Part shown: piece by piece, positions 49,531-61,470 of the stretch
How positions within the stretch are numbered: the first letter of the stretch is position 1
Layout of the letters: every line of letters starts with the position of its first letter
Source: Ginglymostoma cirratum
Taxonomy: Eukaryota
Assembly (NCBI GenBank): GCA_024137785.1
Contig: JAHRHZ010000222.1
Location: forward strand, 29,726,838-29,790,837
Direction: 5' to 3'
Length of the DNA stretch: 64,000 nucleotides
Program-made: the position numbers and the translations under genes
The notes under the pieces: model-generated
What the model saw: the letters and a program-made list of their open reading frames with translations, nothing else
What the model was told of the DNA's origin: nothing
Database searches by the model: none

Positions 49531-50574
49531 AGATTCCTTGGGGAACAAAAGATCCAGTTGCACATAAATAAAGGCAATGAATGGTGAAGTTACGTTATTA
49601 AAATTATGGCATTAATGTAAGCAAGAGGAGAACAGAGTACGGAGAATACTGTAATTTTCTTGTAGGCCAAAATAAATCCATACATTGAAGTGTGTGCATG
49701 TGCACATGTTTTCTGATTTGAGAATTTATTAAACATTCCATCCATTCAATTTTGCCTAAAACTGCTGCAGCTTACATTCTTTGATGCTGAATGGTGAAGT
49801 TAAAAAATGCTTTGCATTCAAGGATGCTTAAACAACCTCAGAGGGACAGTATTGGTGACAAGACCTAAATCAAACAAAATCAGAACTTATTTATATAGAA
49901 ACTAATACAGAAGTTGGGACTATAGCCTCATTTCAAGGATAAGACAATATTTCAACTTTTATTTTGCAGTTCATATTATTTGAACCCCCACAATGAAATG
50001 TCTTGTCAGCATCATATACTGAACTCCTAACAATGGAAGACACTGATTAAAAACTTTCAGTTTTCTTGCCCTACAAGTGAATAGAATGGTACTTTTGTTG
50101 AAATTGAAGTTATTGTCACTTAGAATGAATTCAAATACAGCAAAATGCTGTTAATAATGAAAAATGCAATGATGCTCTAATTCACAAACTTGAGACTGCA
50201 CAAAATAAAATTCCATTCCTTAGTTTCACTGAGAAATAAAATTTGTAATCTCTTCATGCTTATTAAATCTGGAGAAGTTAAATATATCTTTTGGTAATAA
50301 GGTTGGTTATTATTTAATATTTGTAGTGAGCCTGTTAACTTTTTATGAATTCCTTTGTCCATTATTTAAATTTGATTTACAGCTCTGTTAGAATAGAGGA
50401 TAAAGGAATTTGACATTTGTTCACTACTATTTCAGCCAGCCTGAAACAATGGATCAGTGTTTCTAGTCATGAAGTGCTTAATATCTCTCTATGCAGTGAT
50501 GGCTTCAGTTGAGGAATTGTGCCAGTACCGGCAAGATAGGCTAGGCTTCCTCCATCTATGTTTAGTTTCTGTAA

Positions 50575-50920
50575 TTCTACTCAGGACTTGAATACATAAT
50601 CTAGGTCGATTAATTCAGTGTAAATCTAGTGAGCCCTGATTTGTTACAAATGGCTCAAAGAAGAGATTAAACTGTAGCTGTGTCTGCTACTTCCAGCAAT
50701 ATATTAATGATCTCGTAGTTTGATTCCGTGTAGAGTGGGGAGTTCTAACACCTCAACCAAATGCACCAAAATGGATTCACTGGAATTTCATCTTATTTCT
50801 GTTTTGATTTTGCTATGTTTTTTTAAAAAAAGTTGGTGTTTTCACTGACATTATAGCAGTGAATATACTTCCAAATAATTAATTATACGTGAAGCAGTTG
50901 GGATCATTCTGAGAAACCTG
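50575..50920 (+). mobile_element. Decayed Deu-domain SINE (SacSINE1/AmnSINE1-like)
   Basis: gacttgaatacataatctaggtcgat..cagtg, ttaaactgtagctgtgtctgc, ggggagttct, cctcaaccaa, cagtgaatatacttccaaataattaatt..gtgaagcagttggga occur in the order I recall for the Deu domain and tail. Confidence 0.55.
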
Positions 50921-51472
50921 ACAAGTCGCGGTTGATGTACAGACTAACTGTGATCTAATCAAATGGCAGTGCATGCTTTAGGGGTTGAATGGCATACTTC
51001 CTATTTCAATATTCCTATGCAGTATCATTCCAAGTTTTGAATTTTGCAAAATAAAAACTGCACGCTCAATATTTGCTTTATTCTGTTATTTTAAAGAAAC
51101 ACCATTACAACACACGTGATAAATTAATTTAGAATACACCTTTCGTGATCATTGCATTTTTTAACGTTATTCATGGGATGTAGGCATTGCTGGCCAGGCC
51201 AGCATTTATTGCCCATCCCTAACTGCAGAAGGCAGTTTAATGGTCTGCCACATTGCTGCGGATCTGGAGTCACACGTAGACTAGACCAGATAGGGAGGGT
51301 ATATTTTCTTTCTTAAAGGGCATTAGTGAACCAGATAGGTTTTTGTGATAATCAACAATGGTTATGTGGTAAATAAAAACTGAAAGAATGCGGATGCTGT
51401 AAATCGGGAACAAAAACAAAGTTGCTGAAAAAGCTCAGCAGGTCTGGTAGCATCTGTGAAGGAAAATACAGA

Positions 51473-51508
51473 GTTAACATTTCGGGTCCGGTGACCCTTC
51501 CTCAGAGC
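51473..51508 (-). ncRNA. Minimal type I hammerhead motif, core and stem II intact
   Basis: The minus strand reads gct-CTGAGGA-A-GGGTC-ACCG-GACCC-GAAA-TG-TT-aac. Confidence 0.7.
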
Positions 51509-51509
51509 T

Positions 51510-51545
51510 GTTCTGAGGAAACGTCACCGGACCCGAAACGTTAAC
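51510..51545 (+). ncRNA. Minimal type I hammerhead motif, base of stem II mutated
   Basis: gtt-CTGAGGA(51513-51519)-A-ACGTC-ACCG-GACCC-GAAA(51535-51538)-CG-TT-aac. Confidence 0.65.
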
Positions 51546-54500
51546 TTTGTATTTTCCTTCACAGATGCTGCCAGACTTGCTGAGCTTTTCCAGCAATGGT
51601 TATGTGGTCACCATTAAGCTAGCCTTTTTTAATTCCAGATTTTTTATTGAATTCAAATTTTACCTTCTGTCATATTTGTGAATCTCTATAATTCACAAAA
51701 TCAGAAATACTTGGTTAGGACTAAAAATTTTATTTCTGCAGTCTTTTCCATTTTTGTCTAACTTTGCAATTGTGTATCTGTGACATGGCATAATTAAGGG
51801 CCTAAATACTTCATAAGTATGCATTGGTTTCCATTGATCTGTGAAGGGCTCAGCAATGGTTTAATATTGTTATAGATGTGGTTTTCATTGCAGTGTTAAG
51901 TAAATAGTTATTTAGAAGGTTGGAAATACAGATAGGATAGTGAATGATAAATTATTACAATCTGGTTAATTTCCATCTTTCCTCTTCCAAACTAGAGTGC
52001 AGTTTCATGGGTGACTCCAACAGTGATTGTTGGATGATGATAAAGAGCTGGAGGTTTTACCAATTTTACCAGCTAAACCAGCAGGGCTGTAGCCCACTGC
52101 AGAGCATTTTCCTTCTTCATGGCCAAGATCAGGTAACTCCATACAGAATGAGCTAGGATCTTCTTGGTTTATGTCTTAATCACTCATAAGCCAAACTTTC
52201 TCCTTCCATACTTAACTTCTTCGATTAAAACAAACCTAATAACTGGGGGAGCTTAGCCACATCCACCGAGTACTGCTGCATAGAGTAGCTACCAGCTTCT
52301 GTGAAAACTATTGAGCTAGTCATCAAGACTAGTGATCAGCAAAGCTGGTGCTGACGTTAGATTACCTTTTGGCTCTTTACTAATGTAAGCTTGTTATTAG
52401 AATCATAAAACTGGTTAGTTATGTTAGTTTTTATCAATTATGATCTAGGTAGCTACTTTTGCAGCCTGGATAATTTGACAACAATATTTACTTTCTAATG
52501 TTTAAAAAATGTAAAAGTGTACTGATCAAAACTGATCCAGCCATCAATGTTACTTAGTCCTGAATCATTTCCAAATCTTTGGGTTGGCACCATTTATATC
52601 AAGAATGGGAGATTGAGCAAAAATGGACAATTCAATCAAATTTTAATTTTTGTCATTTTTGTTTTTGAAATCAATTGCTTTGCGATTAAGAATGAAGTAC
52701 GTTGAAGTCTGAGACTGTTTTCTGCTGTTATCTTTCAATACAAGTATAGCTGCACCTATGGCACCACTGGGTGCACCAGAGGTGGAACTAGTAAAAAGTA
52801 TTATCCTATGAATATGATGTTGGCATGGAAATAGGCAAGATTGGAGACATTCAATACTGGAATTTCATAATGGAGAAAAAAGACTCGGATATCTTGGTAA
52901 TCAAATTTCAACCAACCCACAGACTGATATTTGTCATAGAATACTGTCTGTTAACTCCTGTGACCTAAACCTAGGTCAATCGAATGTAAGTTTCGTCTAT
53001 GTTGGTAGCAGGTGGTATTTCATAAATGAAGTTAGTTCGACAGTTTTAATGGAGTTCTCAATTGGACGCATCTCTATCAAAGTGTCCAAGATTCAACACA
53101 AATTGCCATTAAACTGGTAACTCCTTTGAGAGAGGTTAAAAGGTTGGTGGAGTGAGAACAGGGAAAGCATGATATGGTATGTCAGGAAAGTACAGTATAG
53201 AGGTTGGTGTTAAGACACATTGTTGAGTTAAAGTGTAAATGTCACACAAAGGGCAGACTTTTTTCAATCCTCATAGGAAATGGGACTAGAGAATAGATGG
53301 TCCACAGTTTCCGGGCAATAACTGTTGCACTGGTTTGTCATCATCACCTCACCTCCAGGCTATTTCAGAATATGCCAGTGGGAAAAGGTTGTGCATCACA
53401 AGTGACAGGAAGCCAATTAAGTATATTAATGGGCCCATTATGGCCTCCCTTTGAATTTTACTGTTGGAACTTGGAGCCCCCTGAATCTAGCCCGAAGATG
53501 GCGGTGACTGCCTAGCATCGGACTGAGAGGGGCTAAGGGAGAGCAGTGCACCACTTGGTTTGTTAAATATTCCCTCCTCCCTCCCACCACACCCACAACA
53601 ACTTAACAGCTGTACTTGAGTTCAGAGTGCACTTTGTGGTGGTGCTCGCTTGTCTCTCTCATTCGTTATTGGTAGCACTCACCTCTGATGAGCTGCTAAA
53701 TAGTCAGTGTTGGAGGCCTTCCTGTTCCCATGGAAACCCACCTACTGTTCTTAACTGGACAGTGTACATGCAGACCTTGGCCACAAATTGTCTGTACCTT
53801 CAAGAATCACAGTGACAGACTCCATAATGCTCCTGATATAAGAGTCCCAAACCAAGAGCAAAACCTCTGCCAAAGTATGATCTGATCAATTATTTGGATA
53901 TTACCTCTGTTGTGATAATGAAATATTAGTGTTTGAGGTAGAAACATCTGTCACCGGTGGTGAATGTGCCAGTGAAATTGTCATTGGCTTTCCTGTACCA
54001 CAGATAGTTATGGAAATGAGAAATGATCCATGAGGTAAAGGAATAGTTGACCTTGTCATGCTGAGGGTAACAAAACTAAAATTGCCTCAGCATCCATTAG
54101 AACAGAATTAAGCTCAGCTTTGATGCCACAGCGATTGAATTGTCTGTCAATACTCACATTCACAGTTGAATAATGACCACTTGGGCAAAATCTTGGAAAG
54201 CAACTGACTGCACCTCAGAGAGGGGTCAATAGATTTAGAAAAAGACTGGCTTGGGAAATAAAGGTTGGCAGAAAAGGGGAAAGATGCCCTCCGTTTGTCA
54301 TTATTGTTGTTACAGAATGCAATACATTTTTTCAAAGATAGCATGTAGATTTCCATGTTAGGTGGTCCATTTATTGTGTTCTTTCTGGAGGCAGAATGGC
54401 TACAACTGAGCCACGTACCTACGGTAGTTTTAATAGGGATTCTTTTCCTTTCAGTGTGCAGGATTTGAGGAAGAAAATGAAATGATAGCTTTGTCAAGTG

Positions 54501-57500
54501 TATGTGCCAGGTTCTCCCTAGGGCATGTGACTAAGGACAACGATGCTGGAAGTATTCCTAACGCTACATCCAGTGGGTCAAGTGGCTGTCTTTTTTTTTT
54601 GTTGTTCAAAAAGTTTTCATGAAAATTAGTTTGTCACTGATGCTGTGATTGAAGTAGTTGATCGCTATGTGCGTAGGTTTCCAGTTGTGACTGGACTATA
54701 TGCCACCTCAGCTCCAATGATCAGAGACTTGTGTATTTCAGTTTGCTAGTGACAGCTAATGTGAAATACACCAATGGCTTGGTTGATAGAGGTACCCATC
54801 AGCAAGAATGTGCCACAGCATCCAATGAAAAATCAAGACCTATATTGTCAACTCCCAGTTGTCATCAGCAAAGAGAAAGCTATTTTTGCACGGAGCATGC
54901 AGCAATATGATCAGCATCATGCAAGCAACATTACTGGTGATTATAGATTTCCAACATGGGATTTGACATTTTCTTAAATAATACACACCTGGAACTTGTT
55001 ATTTAGCATGACTCGTAAAAGGCCGGTTATACTATATCCATGCAACGACAATTTATAGGCTAGATACTGCAAAAAAAAATGACCGCAATGGTGAATGTCA
55101 CTGATACTGTTATAAGAGCAGATCACAGCAAGTTGATTTCAGCCATTCAGGAGAAGACTGTTGTTTGTAGAAACCTAATAAAAATGGAGAGTTGATAGTC
55201 AGAAAGCTTCTTTTTATTGTATTTTCTAATGAAGTTTTAATGCATTTGCTACAATTGATTCAAACGCTTTTAATGTGTATGTGTACACCACTCCTGAGCA
55301 AAGCAATATATTTCAAATGACATTCTTAGAGAGCTGGGACTGTATAGCCTACATAAATAATGTTGGGATATGGGCTGTAGCACTAAATGTACAAAAGCAA
55401 CATACATTTCTTTCAAGCATGTGGCCATATTAATAGCATTAAATAGATGATATTCCATTTATTACCCTGGGCATGTTGGATTTTAAAGCTGGTGTATTAA
55501 GCTTGAACCTGCTGAGCAGTCCTGTGGCTTCAGAATTCTCAGTCATTTCAAAACATCACCAATAAATTAAGTCAAGGATGACCATAGCACTACAGTAATT
55601 GGCATGCTCAGAAATGTACTATATTAACAGTAACTCCTTATGAATTTCTTAACCCCTTGCCTTTAGTTAAGAATATAACAACTGTACCCAAGTTACTATT
55701 GGATAATATCATGCTATGACTGAAGTTTCTGCTTAATGTCACACTAAGTTGAATTGTATTGTTCATTTTAATATTGCTGTGTGTAGAACATGTATTGCTC
55801 TGAGAAGAGTAAACAACAGTCAAAATGGATCTGAGTGTTAAAGAATTGCGTGAAATGTGTCAGATGCTTACAGACAGAATAAATGTTATATAATCTTGGA
55901 GTGAGTCATAAGTTATGAGTCTCGTTTTGAGCAACATGTTAATATGCTTTAACCAAAAATTCAGTTTGCCTCTCATTCACTCTCTAGTGCCCATTATAAT
56001 AGTATAATGTTAGATACACTTAGAATTTTAAATACAAGTTATGTAATTGTTGTAAAAGTTTCTAATGATTTACTTTAGATCAACCCAAATTTCTTTTTCT
56101 TTAAAAAAGAAGTTTGGGGGGATATGTTAAATAGACTGTCAATTCATTATTAACTGTTTCACTCTACGGGTTCTTGCTGTTCAGTTCAGCATCTCATGAC
56201 CTTGCAAGTGTTAAAATACTCTAATGTTAAAATAGCTGCAAATCTTTAGTAATCTTAATGGATTAGAAATGAGTTGCTTTAGTGCATGGGAGAGACAATT
56301 TCACAATTTTCAGTCACAGTGTGAGTGCCACAAGATCACTTTGATTAAAGTACAAGTATTGCACATGGGAAATATATCTTCATGATATGATTCCATGATC
56401 TTAGTCAACTAGTTGGAAACAAAGATGCACATAATGATGAGCTCCTGTTACGGGTTAAAAAATTCCTTTGCTAAGGAGGCTAATCTTAGACAACTTTGAC
56501 ACTAACAAGTTAATCTTAGCCAGGGCTATAGTTTTTCTGCTCAACCAGTTCCTTTTCTTGAAAGAGTCATCCAGTGTTCTGCTGTGGGCAATACAACATA
56601 ACCACACAGGGGCTCATTTTAGGTGTCTGGAGAATATCTGTGAAAGTTGTGTTCCTTTATATTGTACTCATTCCTTTCTTTTATTTATCAGCATATTCAA
56701 ATGTGTGTTTAAGTCTATATAATAGATCCCTGTCCAGCAAAAGGGCCATGGAAGTTCATAACATGGATATTTCTGGAAGGCTAGAGTTATAATTTAAATT
56801 TCATTATCTACATTTCTGTTCAAATCTGAGTATGAAAGCAGTATCTGAATCACTCGGAACAAAATGTTCAGCATTTATTGGGGAGAAGGTGGGGAGGTAA
56901 AGAGTTAGTAGTATTCCCATTTCTATCAAGCCAGATGTCCCATTAAGACCAGATGTTTACTTTTAAGTTCTAATAGTCATTCTTTCCATTCCAAACTGAA
57001 GCAGACTTTAGGACAGTGTTGAACTGGATATGGTCAGGGACAGCAGTTAAAGCATTCATATGGAATGCTTATTTGCAGTTATATGGTGATCACATTTGTC
57101 AGAGCATTAGTCAATTGGATTATGCACCAATCGATTGTAGGTCGCTGTGATTTCTCAAAGGCTACAATGTACTTGCCTCTCCTGGAATACTCTCACATTT
57201 TCTCAAGTCACAAATCCATTCATCTCACAATGTCAAATTGTAATAATTAAGCATTATTGATCTTAGATTCAATTAACTGCATTAACACTTGACTAGATCG
57301 AAGTGATTGTAGGGGCTGGCCAGACAGAGCATGTGCCAACACCTAATTGAACAACGCCCACCAGAACTGGTGAGGTTTATGTTGTAAACTACAGCAGCAT
57401 GTGATTGTTTCAGGCCCAGACAGTTCCCACCCAGTATAAGGAACCTACACCTGTATCTCATTATAATTTTAATTTTAAAAAAATCCCACGAGCAGAAAGC

Positions 57501-60464
57501 CTGATTCCAATAATGGATCAATTCTACAGTTAGTATTAATCAAAGTAAATGGCTGCAAAGGAATAAGAAAGGGGTTTAATGATAAAATTTACATTGATAC
57601 ACTTATTTCAGGCTTTTGCTGGAGCATGTCTGAATAGTGTTTGTCTTTGTGTATATCTCTTTTCCTTTTCATTAGGACGGTAGGATCATTACAGGCACAG
57701 ATATTGGGACAGGGAGGGGGTGAGAACAGAAGCTGGCAGGCATGTAAATTGGTGCAGCCGACTACTACATTGTTTGCCAGCACTGTCCCGTCTCTGGGAA
57801 TTTCCCTAGAGGCAGGATGGAGGCAAAATAGCTCCCTGCCCACAGCAATGGGTAGCCAATTAAGGTAGTGAATGGGTTACCAATTTTCCGAGACCACATG
57901 GAGCTTTTCAGTTGGCTTCCAGGTCCCAGCAGTGTTGGGTATGGGGCAACTGCCTAGAGGTGACCTTCCAGCAGCAGACCTGATGGGGCGGGGTGAGAAG
58001 GCAATGCTCCCAGCAGGCTATGACCCCGTTCCCCGTCCACCTTATTACAGTCACAGTTGGACATTACCCTGTGGGGTGGTTCCTGCTCTGTAATGTGGCC
58101 CTGCTTCTGGAACCAGTTTTAAATGCAATCAATTGAGACCTTCTAAGAGGCACTAATATAGAGGCACCCTCTCTCTAGTTGCAATGACCAGCTTCATCTC
58201 CCTTCCAGGTGGGTCTTGTTTTTGACTTCATTGGACAGTGAGTACACACTCTCTGGTCGATTTAGTTAGTCAATTCAACAAAGTGTTGCTTCCAATTTAA
58301 TATATCGAATACCACAAGACTCCTGTTTGATCCTGACCCAAAACTCTGTCCAGGTTAACTTCCCCAGATGTCACTGTTTGAATGGTGTATGTTGATGTCT
58401 AGTCAGCTTATTCCCCTAGAGATTGTGACTCATCTTTAAATAAAGGTTTTAAGAGTAAATGGCAGTTAAGACTCCATTTTCTATTCAGGCTCAGCAATCT
58501 TGCTTTGTTGATACCATACCATCTAAGAGTGTATTTCTTTAAATATCAAGACCTTCCTTGGCCACAGGCAATGCTGTGACCTGCAGTGAGAAAGTTACAA
58601 ATCGAATGTTAACTTGAAAATTATCAAGAGGCACTGAGGGAGATAAGCTGAATGCCCCACATCTGACAACATTTAACACCAGAAACCATTCTCTGAAAGC
58701 TTGGTTGATTTGAGTCTAAAATGTTCAACTTTCTGCGTGATAATTTTGGCAAATATGTCTTGCAACTCGATATTCTGTGTATACTCCTTTGCCTGCTATT
58801 AATAATATTGGTCTGTTAAAGAAGCTACTGAGGGAATTGAATACTCACAGCCACTCAACAGCACCTTTAGTCAAAACCACAAATTACTACACGGCAGCAA
58901 ACTACAACATATATTTAATAGTTTTCATGCATGTTTTATGTTGGTATTGTAAATGTTATTGTTCTGTGTGTAACATAGTGAATTAATGGTGCCACAATTG
59001 AAATGCACCTTCAAGAGAGGCAGAACTCATGGCCCTGGCATTTTTTTAGTGAGAAGGTAGACTTGGCACTTGTGAACAGGGAAGGCTGATTATTACAAAT
59101 TCCTCTTACGCTTCTCATGAATATTTTAAGGCAGAGTCCTGTTTGAATTCTTGCAATATCTGGTGTATTTGTTATGTGGATACAAATCAAAGATGCAACA
59201 CTTAGAAGAGTTTGAAGCAAACCATCTTTCTGTGTAGAGGAATTCAAGTCACAGGCCACAATTTTCCATTTTGTCACCTAAATGTGAGACAGGAATATAA
59301 AGTGACCACTGATTCTCCAGCCCCACTAATAAGGAGGCTCACCAGATGGAGCTCCAACGAAATTGTTAAAGGCTGACTGGTGAGTTTCTTGGCAAAATGT
59401 AGCTGATACCGATGTCTGGCTGACACCTGGTGAGCCAGGAGTTCAGCTGCTTCTTGATCCTCATTTTGAGGCGTAAGGTGGGGTGATGGGGGAGGAGAAT
59501 CACGGGAGTTGAAGACAAGGGCATTGGGGTGACTTCCATCTGCCACCACCTTGTCCCCAACCCTGCCTAGGTAAGCCACAAACTGAAGGATAAGATAACG
59601 ACATCATGCCATGACTGATGGTGCTGGAAACTAAACTGATAATGTTTAAAATATCTGTACAAACTGCGTGCTAATAGTACAAACGGAAATATATCCGGTA
59701 GCAATGAAAAGGTATTGTCTCTGAGAGTTTGCTCCAGTAATTGAGCTTGCATGAAAATTGATACTGCTTCCTTTATACAGGATTCCTACTGAAATATGGT
59801 GGTGTGATATGTGGAGCTCCAATGTATCGACGCATGGATTGATGGCATGTGGAGAGTTCACAGTGTTGTTGAATTGCCAGCTTTAGGGATAATACTGTGG
59901 GAAACTGCCAACAGAGGCTAGATATTTCCCTACAGGGACCATCTTGCTATCTAGGTATGTTGGCATTGGTAAAGACCTGAGCATATTGAACAGTCACTTC
60001 ATTGCAATGGGTATGTTATTAACAGGGACTGGAATACAGGGGTGAGAACAGAAAATCAACCATAATTCAATCAATAAGGAGAAATATGAAGAATCACAAT
60101 GAATTCTAAAGTTTTGTTTTAAGGAGGAGTGTTTATTTAAAATTTACAAAAATGGCTCTGTTTTAATTTAAATGTGAAATCCACATATCCCATTGCAGAG
60201 CGCACTTCTAAAAATGCGCTTTGCAATCTGTCAATTTAAAATATGCTAAAAGTGTTGTTTTAAACACACAAAATACCTGAAGATACTGTGATGAAATACT
60301 TGTCCCCGTCCCCACACTTTACTGAGAAGCACTGACCTGTCTTTTAAGGCATACTGCTTGAAAAGAAATAATTTCAGCAGCACAAATGGATATATTTATC
60401 TTTCTTGCAAAGTGCAAAAAATGTTGTCCTACTTAATAGCCAACAACTCTCTAAAGTAGAACAG

Positions 60465-60760
60465 CGGGTGGAATTTCCCCCTTACTTGAGCTGGTGAGAA
60501 GGGAAATCATTATTTCAGTGAGTTGGCCCTGGAAGGATTCTTGCCCATTTCTCGCTACCTTGCCAATTCAGAACTGAATGAGTAGGTCCACCAGGGACTT
60601 TCTGCGCTCAGAAGTAAGGTCCTTGAGTGGTCCACTGACAGCCAATTGAGACCCTCAACTTACCCCCAATCTGTTTACTTGCCTTCGCAGCAGGCGGAAA
60701 AAGTGACAACAGAGAAGCCAAGCTGACATACCTGACGTTACCTTAATCCGGGGGAAATTG
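60465..60760 (+). mobile_element. Old interspersed repeat, homologous to 24420-24620
   Basis: Both begin GGGT(A/G)GAAT and share GAAGGG.AA, GAGTTGGCCCTGGA, ACCT(C/T)GCCAA and ATGAG.AGGT.CACC in the same order. Confidence 0.5.
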
Positions 60761-61244
60761 GAGGCACAGTTGTGCAGCCAGTGGTAGTTTCTGAAAGCTA
60801 CCCTTGCCTTTGACTTCCCATAAACTCCGTGAAGCAGTAGAAATCCACTGCCTTCTCACAACTGAATCCTTTTTAGCATTAAGATTCAGCAAGCTATCTT
60901 TAATGTCCTGATACCAGTAGCTTCTAGCAATGAGTGACTCCACTGTTGAGGCTTGCAATAGGCTGCGAAACTGACTTATCTGCTGTTAACAAGCTGATTG
61001 ATGTGCAATCCAGCAAACTTTCTCAGCTGTCAGGGGAATGTTTCAGTTGTCACTAAGCACACCTGTCCCATCACTTTAGACTGAAAACTGGAGAATGGCG
61101 GCTAGTTTGTATAATTTGAATTACAGGCATCATTAAGACTATAATTTATAGTTGATGAATTAGATCAGTCTTCTATCAAAAGATATTTGGACAATAAATA
61201 TATTTTGTTCAAAAATAAGGTTGCAACATTTGCAATGGCTTTAT

Positions 61245-61470
61245 GCATAGCTAACCTGGCATATGATGATGATCCAAGGTTTGATCCCAAGTCTGTGCTG
61301 TTAACTGATCTCGATGTTCGGTATGGAAAAAATAGCTCCAGTGCCTAAACGAATAAGAGTGAAAAAATGGGCATGGGTTTCCACTCCTGCTATCCAGACA
61401 TCTGTGGCTGATACCATGTGCATGTTGGCCTCAGCAAGGATAGAATCAAACTCCGTGCAGCCCAATAGCC
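61245..61470 (+). mobile_element. Decayed tRNA-derived SINE-like repeat (possible relatives at ~36500-36690 and ~40050-40220)
   Basis: B-box-like GGTTTGATCCC then gtctgtgctgttaactgatctc; weak similarity between the three sites. Confidence 0.3.

Larger units (their letters stand above)
51371..51593. mobile_element. Palindromic Penelope-related mini-element with two back-to-back hammerheads
   Basis: Arms 51422-51506 and 51512-51596 (78/85 matches by eye), 5-nt spacer, perfect 15-bp TSD CAATGGTTATGTGGT at 51356-51370 and 51594-51608. Confidence 0.88.
51160..51672 (-). mobile_element. Bipartite non-autonomous derivative of the L2-group LINE, host of the palindromic insertion
   Basis: 51165-51225 matches the LINE 3' tail (reverse complement of ~33478-33530); 51227-51370 plus 51609-51670 match 11895-12125. 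Confidence 0.7.

Noticed and set aside
51422-51596. Pre-miRNA or DNA-transposon MITE
   Set aside because: The arms match the end of a GIY-YIG retroelement in the same window, and the long variable TSDs and unequal arms do not fit a cut-and-paste MITE. Small-RNA production is not excluded.
52900-53040. LF-SINE-like fragment
   Set aside because: Similarity by eye is too weak to support.
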